Of a DNA stretch of 12,407 bases, positions 1 through 6,512 are shown in pieces. Source of the DNA: a candidate division WOR-3 bacterium (GTDB taxonomy: Bacteria; Hydrothermota; Hydrothermia; JBDRYB01); contig JBMFOM010000060.1 of the NCBI GenBank assembly GCA_049969615.1, positions 1 through 12,407 of the forward strand. The letters are read 5' to 3'. The position numbers and the translations under genes are program-made. The notes beneath the pieces were generated by a model that worked only from the letters and a program-made list of their open reading frames with translations, made no database searches and had not been told where the DNA came from. The first letter of the stretch is position 1; each line of letters starts with the position of its first letter.

Positions 1-88
1 TCCGACCACATATTTCTATGTGCTTTCTTAGGGGAAGAAATTATAGAGGCCGGGTAAAGTGATATACAGGGGTCTCCGTTTATCAAAA

Positions 89-118
89 TTGCGTGTGAAC
101 CACGCAACACGCTATAAT
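89..118 (+). promoter_or_regulatory. Putative sigma70-type promoter of mtnA (TTGCGT-N18-TATAAT), probably leaderless; inverted repeat TTGCGTG-N5-CACGCAA (89-107) over the -35
   Basis: TTGCGT at 89-94, perfect TATAAT at 113-118, in-frame GTG at 125 after a 6-nt gap, no Shine-Dalgarno in between. Confidence 0.7.
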
Positions 119-124
119 CTTCCC

Positions 125-1066
125 GTGAATATACCGGAGCCGTTGAAGTGGACCGGAGATTCTTTGGCAATCCTTGATCAAAGGGCACTGCCCGGAAAAG
201 AGATTTACATCAATGCCAGGACATACGAGGATGTTGTCTCGGCCATAAGGAACATGGCGGTCCGTGGCGCTCCGCTGATAGGTATCGTCGCCGCATACGG
301 ACTGGCGCTTGCCTTTATAAGAGATGAAGACATTGAATCCGCGAAAAATTCCATCCTAGGAGCCAGGCCAACCGCGATAAATCCAGCAAAGGCCATAGAA
401 AGGGTTTTGCGAGCCGATGATCCGGTAGCCGAAGCAATCGCTATACACCAAGAAGAGAAGGAACGCTGTCTCATGATGGCCGAGCACGGAGCAAGGCTAA
501 TAAAGGAAGGTTCATCAATACTGACCCATTGTAATACGGGCGTCTTGGCAACTGGGGGCATAGGAACTGCGCTGGGGGTAATCTACAAGGCATACGAACA
601 GGGAAAGATAAGGACGGTTTGGGCAACCGAGACTAGGCCATGGCTCCAGGGCGCGAGGTTAACGTGCTGGGAGCTAGGCAAAACGGGTATCCCGCATACG
701 CTCATAGTTGATGGGATGGCGGCCTTTCTGATTTCCTGTGCCAGGGTTGACGCGGTGTTGGTGGGCGCGGACAGGATCGCGGCCAACGGCGATGTAGCCA
801 ACAAGATCGGGACGCTCTCTCTCGCGGTATCTGCTAAACACTTTGGGATTCCCTTCTATGTTGTCGCACCAAGCACTAGCTTTGATCCCAAGACCATTGA
901 CGGGAAATCCATAGAGATTGAGGAAAGACCAGAGGGAGAGGTCCTCTCACTTGACGGGATCCGGATGGCTCCGGAGTCCACCCATGCCCTTAACTATGCC
1001 TTTGACATAACTCCGGCTAGGCTCATAACCGCATACATAACAGAGGAGGGAATCCGTGAAACCTGA
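125..1066 (+). CDS. mtnA: S-methyl-5-thioribose-1-phosphate isomerase (eIF2B alpha/beta/delta-like family)
   Basis: Motifs LDQRALP, MAVRGAPLIG, RPTAIN, THCNTGVLAT, ETRPWLQGARLT, GADRIAANGDVANKIGT, FDITP. Start moved from 59 to GTG125 because family similarity begins near LKW and a -10 box lies just upstream. Confidence 0.92.
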   Translation: MNIPEPLKWTGDSLAILDQRALPGKEIYINARTYEDVVSAIRNMAVRGAPLIGIVAAYGLALAFIRDEDIESAKNSILGARPTAINPAKAIERVLRADDPVAEAIAIHQEEKERCLMMAEHGARLIKEGSSILTHCNTGVLATGGIGTALGVIYKAYEQGKIRTVWATETRPWLQGARLTCWELGKTGIPHTLIVDGMAAFLISCARVDAVLVGADRIAANGDVANKIGTLSLAVSAKHFGIPFYVVAPSTSFDPKTIDGKSIEIEERPEGEVLSLDGIRMAPESTHALNYAFDITPARLITAYITEEGIRET

Positions 1067-1898
1067 TGTGTCTGTGGTCTCGGTAACCTGGAATTCGGCC
1101 GATTGCATAGAATCATTCTTGGAAAGCGTGGCAAGGGCATCTGTCGGAATGACGGTTGAGGTCCTAATAGTGGACAACGCCTCGGATGATGACACGGTTG
1201 AGAGGGTGAGGAAAAACGGTTTCGCCGGAACAAGGCTGATCAGGGTCTCAAGGAATATAGGCTACTCAAGGGCCAACAACATGGGGATTCGTAAGGCCAG
1301 GGGCGATTATGTTTTTCTGCTGAATCCAGACGCACAGTTGGAACCGGACGCCCTCAGGGTGGGTCTTGAATACATGAGGGAAAACCCCATGGTGGCGGTT
1401 CTGGCGCCACAGATGTTTTATCCGGACGGTCAACTCCAGCCCTCCGTGCGCTCGTTTCCCGATCACATGGGCATAATCCTTGAGATGACCGGAATATCAA
1501 GGATTTTCCCATATCTCTCCAGGTGGAAGCTCAACCCCAGGCCGGTTTCAGAACCCACCGAGGTTGATCAGCCAATGGGCGCGGCTCTCCTAATGCGCAG
1601 GATGGTTTTCCTTGAGATAGGCGCTTTTGATCCGAGGCTGAGGATGTTCTTCTCGGATGTTGACCTGCTGAAAAGGGTAAAGGCAAAGGGCTACAAGGTT
1701 GTCCTGCATCCGGGGATGAGGGTAAAACATGTGATGGGCCTGTCAACCAGAAAAGTCAGAAGCAGGATGGCGCTTGAGTGGTCTTCCGGGCTCACGCGTT
1801 ATTTTACCAAGCACGAACACGGTCATCCTTTTAACCCCATATTGAACTTCTTCAACTGGGCAGTAGGAGTAGGCAGAAGTCTTTTATACAGGCTATAG
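1056..1898 (+). CDS. Glycosyltransferase family 2 (WbbL/rhamnosyltransferase-like)
   Basis: VSVVSVTWNS, IVDNASDD, NIGYSRANNMG, LLNPD, GAALLMRR, FDPRLRMFFSDVDL motifs; SD GAGGAGG at 1043-1049; overlaps the end of mtnA by 11 nt. Confidence 0.9.
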   Translation: MKPDVSVVSVTWNSADCIESFLESVARASVGMTVEVLIVDNASDDDTVERVRKNGFAGTRLIRVSRNIGYSRANNMGIRKARGDYVFLLNPDAQLEPDALRVGLEYMRENPMVAVLAPQMFYPDGQLQPSVRSFPDHMGIILEMTGISRIFPYLSRWKLNPRPVSEPTEVDQPMGAALLMRRMVFLEIGAFDPRLRMFFSDVDLLKRVKAKGYKVVLHPGMRVKHVMGLSTRKVRSRMALEWSSGLTRYFTKHEHGHPFNPILNFFNWAVGVGRSLLYRL

Positions 1899-2053
1899 AA
1901 AGCAATAATCTCAATGAAAATGAAAGGTCCGGGACGCGAGAGCGGGTTGCACTAGACCGAGGATCTACCTGGTTTCCCTACCCATATCATAAGCGGGCTG
2001 AACCTCACTATCCGATGAGGTTATCGTTATGCGTCCCTTGCGACAATTGCTTT
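1899..2053. other. Structured intergenic segment with nested inverted repeats; possible ncRNA
   Basis: AAAGCAAT(1899-1906)/ATTGCTTT(2046-2053), GGGACGC(1931-1937)/GCGTCCC(2031-2037), AACCTCA(2001-2007)/TGAGGTT(2016-2022); no RNA family recognised. Confidence 0.3.
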
Positions 2054-2096
2054 ATCATGACAATAAATTGCGCGCTGGAATACCGTCAAAACCGTG

Positions 2097-2126
2097 TGGC
2101 AAAATGACACGGCGGCTCGGTATAAT
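2097..2126 (+). promoter_or_regulatory. Putative promoter of the DNA methyltransferase (TGGCAA-N18-TATAAT); inverted repeat CCGTGT-N9-ACACGG (2092-2112)
   Basis: Perfect TATAAT at 2121-2126, in-frame GTG at 2133 after a 6-nt gap, same geometry as the mtnA promoter. Confidence 0.65.
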
Positions 2127-2132
2127 CTGCCA

Positions 2133-2861
2133 GTGAACATCGGGAATATGGGGCGCGAACACTTGCCGGAAAACCGCATCCACCAGGGTGATTGCCGGGA
2201 AATGCTTGGCCAGGTTCCCTCGGAGAGCATAGACCTGGTCATAGCCGATCCGCCTTTCGGGATAGATTTCAGAGGGAAACCCAGCAACTACAACCGAACC
2301 GCTGGCAGGGTAGTGGAGGGCTATAGGGAGGAAGGGGAGAACTACCTTGAATTTAGCAGGGCATGGATTTCTCACCTACCCGGATTATTGAAGGAAACCG
2401 GCTCCGCCTTCATCTTCTCCGGTTGGAACAACTTGAAAGAAGTGCTCATCGCCATTGACGAAACTGGCCTGATCACCATAAACCACCTCATATGGAAATA
2501 CCAGTTCGGTGTCTATACCAGGAAGAGGTTTGTCACCAGCCACTACCACATCCTTTTCACGGTGAAGAACCCAGTGAAGTACAAATTTCACAAGATTGAC
2601 CGCTACCCAGAGGATGTGATAGTCATAAAGAGGGAATACTGGACGGGCAAGGCTAAAACCCCCACGAAACTGCCCCTCGCGCTGGTTGAGAAACTGATCC
2701 TTTATGCAACTGACCCAGGGGACCTCGTGCTTGACCCGTTCATGGGTTCGGGAACAACCGCCATAGCCGCGCTCAAGACAGGCAGGCGGTTTCTGGGCTT
2801 TGAGGTGGTGCCTGAGTATGTAAGGTTCGCGGAGGAGAGAATAAGAAGGTTCACGGATTGA
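2133..2861 (+). CDS. Site-specific DNA methyltransferase, N6-adenine/N4-cytosine, beta class; no cognate endonuclease seen
   Basis: IHQGDC, IDLVIADPPF (catalytic motif IV) N-terminal to PTKLP and DLVLDPFMGSGTT (SAM-binding motif I), GRRFLGFE. Start is GTG2133 or ATG2148; GTG2094 lies upstream of the predicted promoter. Confidence 0.9.
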   Translation: MNIGNMGREHLPENRIHQGDCREMLGQVPSESIDLVIADPPFGIDFRGKPSNYNRTAGRVVEGYREEGENYLEFSRAWISHLPGLLKETGSAFIFSGWNNLKEVLIAIDETGLITINHLIWKYQFGVYTRKRFVTSHYHILFTVKNPVKYKFHKIDRYPEDVIVIKREYWTGKAKTPTKLPLALVEKLILYATDPGDLVLDPFMGSGTTAIAALKTGRRFLGFEVVPEYVRFAEERIRRFTD

Positions 2862-2868
2862 GGTCAGA

Positions 2869-2895
2869 AACGGAACAAAGGATTGTGGTTCCGTT
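2869..2895. terminator. Hairpin between the convergent methyltransferase and Argonaute genes; possible terminator
   Basis: 8-bp stem AACGGAAC/GTTCCGTT with an 11-nt loop and only a short U-tract on the minus strand; second hairpin GAGGAA-N6-TTCCTC at 2918-2935. Confidence 0.35.
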
Positions 2896-2977
2896 AAAGA
2901 AAAATCTTTGAGCTAGCGAGGAACAAGCCTTCCTCCACCACCTAAAGACACTGCGATCGTCGGCTAGTCTAGAACGA

Positions 2978-4834
2978 TCACAGGAACCAGGGCCTTTCCC
3001 CGCCTTGGCCTGGTTCAACAAACCCGTATCTCACCGCGCTACGGACAGCCCTAGCGAAGTGCAGGGTTGCTGGCAGGGGGCCCTTCGGAAACGATGAGAG
3101 ATATGCCCTGGCTGTCCAGAAACACGTCTCAGCGTGCAGTGCCGGGGACAGGGAGCCTGCTATCTTCCTGACCTGGAAGAGGTTGAACTCCCTGTAAGGA
3201 GCCCAGTTCTCCGTGGCGATGTGATATACATCGGGTTCATCCGGATCGTGGAAATAAACGCCAGCGCGAAGCCTGGTTTGTCTGGCTCCCGGAGCCACGA
3301 CCATTTGCGATGGAGCAACGGAGCAAACATCACCCAGGGCAGAAAGGCTCTCGGCAAGCCCTTGGTCATCCTCCTCAGTATGAAATATATTTGTCCTGTC
3401 AAGCCAATCAGCTATTAGCGCCTTGTTAAATGAGCCGGTGGAGCTCCTCCACCCTAGAAACCTCATGTGATGATCAAAAGCAACTGCGACAACAGAGCGT
3501 TCATCCCTGGAAACGCCTATGAACAATCCATCGGCAAGGCCAGAATCCCTTATGAGCCATGGAATCGCGCCCAATTTAAGCGCGGTGTTGATCCAGAAAC
3601 CTTGGAACAAGTCGTCCTCCCAAAGTCCCTTCCGTCCCTCTAGCGAAGCAGTCATGTATCGGTCGCGGAACTTTCTCACGGTGGAAATCTTGATCATTTG
3701 GCTCGGGTAGCCCATTTCCGCGAGGCGTCTCTTGGTGTAAAAATAGGGGTCGTGGTCCCCGATGGTACCGGTCGGAACAACTATGCCCAAAAACACATCG
3801 GGTTTCTTATCAGCCAGGCTCTCCAGGGCTCGTTCAAGGGAGGAAGAATCTCTGGGGTCATAGTGGGAGACCTCGCTCTTTTTCAGGGGAAGGCCCATTG
3901 CCTCAAGATCCAGCATGAAAGTATCCATCATGTCAACGAAGAACTCCGAGGTCGGCAGGTTATCTGGATCCGAAGGCAAGAGCAGGGCAACCCTTGCTGG
4001 AACATCAAGAGGCTTGAAAAACCTTTTCTCAGACCAAAACAATTCCTGCATGTAATTCCCGGTTGTGCCGTCACCGAAAACCAGGTTACGGGGCTTCCAG
4101 AATGTACCTGTCTTATACTCCCTGAATCTCTCAGAGGAACCGGAAAACGCATAATCAACCATGGTGTCAACCTTTTTGATGATCTCGGCCGGCGTTATAG
4201 CCTGGGTTATCAGGGTCTTCTTTCTGAGCCCTGCCGGGAGCTCCTCCCATGGGAGGAAGGGTTTGGCATTCTCGGGATCCCACGGACCCTGCCTCTCTAA
4301 CCTAGCGATGCCGGGCTCTATGTCTATGACGCGATCAACCCTTACCGCTCCTGGAATGACCACCCATATTCCCTTTGTCCGGTAGGGGCCCTTCAGCGAG
4401 AACCAGTTGGCAAGGCTGTCCCTGATAACATATCTGTGCGACATGGAAACCCGAATCCTGATCCGGCCGTTTCTGATCACTGGGAAAAGGGTAAAGACCT
4501 CGGTTGGAACATAGGAATTATGGGCATCAAGAAACCTTATCACATGTAAAAATCCCTCCACCCTTACCAAACCGGTTGCGAGGTTCTCCCTGCCTGTGTA
4601 GCGGAAAAGCGCAGGCAAGAGGAGCTCATGGGGGACATCATCCCCGGGGCAAGCCCCCGGAGGGAGGGGAGTCCCTTCGGGCAAGTAAAAATAACCATCG
4701 CCGAGCAGAAGCGCGGCATCAGGGGCCTCCCCAGTAGCCTTTATGACCATGCCTGGCAAGGTATAGTCCGCCAGGACGAAATCGGTCATCAGCGCCACCC
4801 CCTTTCTGTTTCTCAGATCGTTAACATTATGCAT
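2978..4834 (-). CDS. Long prokaryotic Argonaute (N-L1-PAZ*-L2-MID-PIWI*), predicted catalytically inactive
   Basis: MID motif PYFYTKRRLAEMGYPSQMI...NTALKLGAIPWLI; PIWI strand LFIGVS; IFHTEE at the HRDG position; LPATLHFAR; C-terminal PWFL; L1/PAZ junction SHRYVIRDSLANWF; L2 motif LVFGDG...FFKP; SD-like GGGGTG upstream of the ATG. Confidence 0.85.
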   Translation of the reverse strand: MHNVNDLRNRKGVALMTDFVLADYTLPGMVIKATGEAPDAALLLGDGYFYLPEGTPLPPGACPGDDVPHELLLPALFRYTGRENLATGLVRVEGFLHVIRFLDAHNSYVPTEVFTLFPVIRNGRIRIRVSMSHRYVIRDSLANWFSLKGPYRTKGIWVVIPGAVRVDRVIDIEPGIARLERQGPWDPENAKPFLPWEELPAGLRKKTLITQAITPAEIIKKVDTMVDYAFSGSSERFREYKTGTFWKPRNLVFGDGTTGNYMQELFWSEKRFFKPLDVPARVALLLPSDPDNLPTSEFFVDMMDTFMLDLEAMGLPLKKSEVSHYDPRDSSSLERALESLADKKPDVFLGIVVPTGTIGDHDPYFYTKRRLAEMGYPSQMIKISTVRKFRDRYMTASLEGRKGLWEDDLFQGFWINTALKLGAIPWLIRDSGLADGLFIGVSRDERSVVAVAFDHHMRFLGWRSSTGSFNKALIADWLDRTNIFHTEEDDQGLAESLSALGDVCSVAPSQMVVAPGARQTRLRAGVYFHDPDEPDVYHIATENWAPYREFNLFQVRKIAGSLSPALHAETCFWTARAYLSSFPKGPLPATLHFARAVRSAVRYGFVEPGQGGERPWFL

Positions 4835-4848
4835 AATCTAACACCCCC

Positions 4849-6030
4849 TTAACTCAACACACCCAGCTCTTTCCCTATTTTCTCAAAGGCAACCAGAGCA
4901 AAGTCCAAATCCTCCTTTGTGTGGGCCGCTGAGATCATCACCCTAATACGCGCCATTCCCTTTGGAACTGTTGGAAAACCAAGAGCCATCGCGAAAACCC
5001 CTTCCTCAAAGAGCCTGCGCGAGAAATCCTGGGCGAGCTTTGCCTCTCCGAGCATAACAGGGGTTATCGGGGTCTGACTCCTTCCGGTGTCAAAGCCCAT
5101 TTCCTTCATCTTGCTCTTGAAATACCTGGCGTTGTCCCAAAGCCTGTCAACGAGCTCGGTTGAGCGCCCGAGTATTTCAACAGCCTTAATGCACGCGGCC
5201 ACATCGGCCGGGGTTACCGCGGAGGAAAAGAGGAAGGGCCTGGCTTTCTGGCGAAGGTATTCCGTTATCTCCTTTCTGCCAGAAACATAGCCACCCACAA
5301 CACCGAAAGCCTTTGACATAGTGCCTATTTCAACATCAACCCTTCCGTGGAGGTCAAAATGGTCAACGATGCCCCTGCCGCCCTTCCCCAGTACACCCTC
5401 GCCGTGAGCGTCGTCAACCATGAGCATTGCGTCATAGCGCTCAGCAATCTCGGCTATATCCGGCAGGGGTGCTATGTCCCCATCCATTGAGAAAACGCCA
5501 TCGGTTATTATGAGGGCCCTCCTTTTTTTAGCCCTGGTCTCCTTGAGATTTGATTCCAGGTCCTCCGGGTCGCAGTGGGCGTATATGAACCTCTCGGCCT
5601 TTGAGAGCCTACATCCGTCTATAATGGAGGCGTGGTTGAGCCGGTCAGTGTAGATCGCATCGCCCTCATCCACCAGGGGGGGTATGGTTGACAGGTTAGC
5701 GATGAGGCCTGCCTGAAGGCTCAAAGCGCCTTCCGCACCCTTGAATTCAGCGAGTCGGCGCTCCAGCTCAAGGTGCAGGGACATGGTTCCAGCTATGGAC
5801 CTGACCGCGGCGGGGCCAACACCCCATTCGTCTATGGCTTTTTTGGCGGCTTCCTTTAACTCTGGGTGATTGGCAAAACCCAGATAGTTGTTAGAGCACA
5901 TATTCAGGACGCGTTTGCCATCAACGACAGTCCAGGCATCCTGGGGTGATCCGATTGTCCTGATGTTCACGAAAAGGCCCTCATTCTTGAGCCTTTCCAT
6001 CTCCTCTCTTATGAAATCCAACTTATCCAT
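4849..6030 (-). CDS. kbl: PLP-dependent alpha-oxoamine synthase: glycine C-acetyltransferase (2-amino-3-ketobutyrate CoA ligase) / BioF family
   Basis: [42 protein letters not shown] (PLP lysine), [25 protein letters not shown] upstream. Kbl versus BioF specificity is not certain. Confidence 0.85.
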   Translation of the reverse strand: MDKLDFIREEMERLKNEGLFVNIRTIGSPQDAWTVVDGKRVLNMCSNNYLGFANHPELKEAAKKAIDEWGVGPAAVRSIAGTMSLHLELERRLAEFKGAEGALSLQAGLIANLSTIPPLVDEGDAIYTDRLNHASIIDGCRLSKAERFIYAHCDPEDLESNLKETRAKKRRALIITDGVFSMDGDIAPLPDIAEIAERYDAMLMVDDAHGEGVLGKGGRGIVDHFDLHGRVDVEIGTMSKAFGVVGGYVSGRKEITEYLRQKARPFLFSSAVTPADVAACIKAVEILGRSTELVDRLWDNARYFKSKMKEMGFDTGRSQTPITPVMLGEAKLAQDFSRRLFEEGVFAMALGFPTVPKGMARIRVMISAAHTKEDLDFALVAFEKIGKELGVLS

Positions 6031-6050
6031 TTTATGTCTCCCGGTCTTTA

Positions 6051-6080
6051 ATTATTAGGCCAAATGTCATAGTGGATCAA
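6051..6080 (-). promoter_or_regulatory. Putative promoter of the kbl-Argonaute operon (TTGATC-N18-AATAAT)
   Basis: Minus strand reads TTGATC (6080-6075), 18 nt, AATAAT (6056-6051), then a short leader with GGGAG before ATG6030. Confidence 0.5.
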
Positions 6081-6121
6081 GGTCCAAATCGCGAGTATTT
6101 TTGGCGCGACCAAGAGAGGCA

Positions 6122-6340
6122 TTACTTATAGCGATAGACTATTCTTCCTTTTGTAAGGTCATAGGGAGACATTTCAACGGTAACGCGATCCCCCGGCAGT
6201 ATCTTGATGTGGTGCATTCTCATCTTGCCGGATAGCCTGCATGTGACCTCAAGGCCGCTGTCAAGGGCCACCCTGAAGGTAGCGTTCGGGAGAACCTCCT
6301 TCACCGTTCCCTCAAGCCTAACTACATTTTTCTTTGACAA
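6122..6340 (-). CDS. infA: Translation initiation factor IF-1 (72 aa, TTG start)
   Basis: [24 protein letters not shown]...[39 protein letters not shown] at 6340 gives the canonical 72-aa length. Confidence 0.96.
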   Translation of the reverse strand: MSKKNVVRLEGTVKEVLPNATFRVALDSGLEVTCRLSGKMRMHHIKILPGDRVTVEMSPYDLTKGRIVYRYK

Positions 6341-6347
6341 GATGGAG

Positions 6348-6377
6348 ATTATAGCGTGGAGGGTTGATGGTTTGCAA
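6348..6377 (-). promoter_or_regulatory. Putative infA promoter (TTGCAA-N18-TATAAT), probably leaderless; palindrome GGTTTGCAAACC (6369-6380) centred on the -35
   Basis: TATAAT at 6353-6348, a 7-nt gap, then the TTG start; no SD in between. Confidence 0.7.
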
Positions 6378-6512
6378 ACCCGCGCTTTACTCACCTAAAC
6401 CATTTCATTCCTCTACGGATTGAAGATGTGGCATTCAGTTCCCCGTAGGCCCTTGTGGTGCAAAGGCTTCGTAATCCGGTCGGGTGAGGTCTCTCTAGAC
6501 AGAAGGTTGCCC

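Noticed and set aside
1-45. Divergent gene starting at minus-strand ATG 11 after TATAAT (45-40), and hairpin CACATA-N4-TATGTG (7-22)
   Set aside because: Only three codons are visible at the window edge and the -35 is poor; cannot be supported as a feature
59-124. N-terminal extension of MtnA from GTG59
   Set aside because: Spans the predicted promoter and shows no family similarity
1931-2037. Specific assignment as TPP or purine riboswitch, SRP RNA, tRNA or 6S RNA
   Set aside because: Diagnostic motifs are absent or out of order; kept only as an unassigned structured region
2900-2977. Cluster of short palindromes (GCTAGC, CGATCG, TCTAGA) as methyltransferase target sites
   Set aside because: CTAG and GATC occur throughout the window; enrichment cannot be shown without counting
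3698-4300. 200-aa plus-strand ORF inside the Argonaute as a possible hidden effector
   Set aside because: Fully antisense to the pAgo with no recognisable motif; consistent with a shadow ORF
6341-6394. 18-aa N-terminal extension of IF-1
   Set aside because: TTG6340 gives the canonical 72 aa, and the extension covers the predicted -35/-10 boxes
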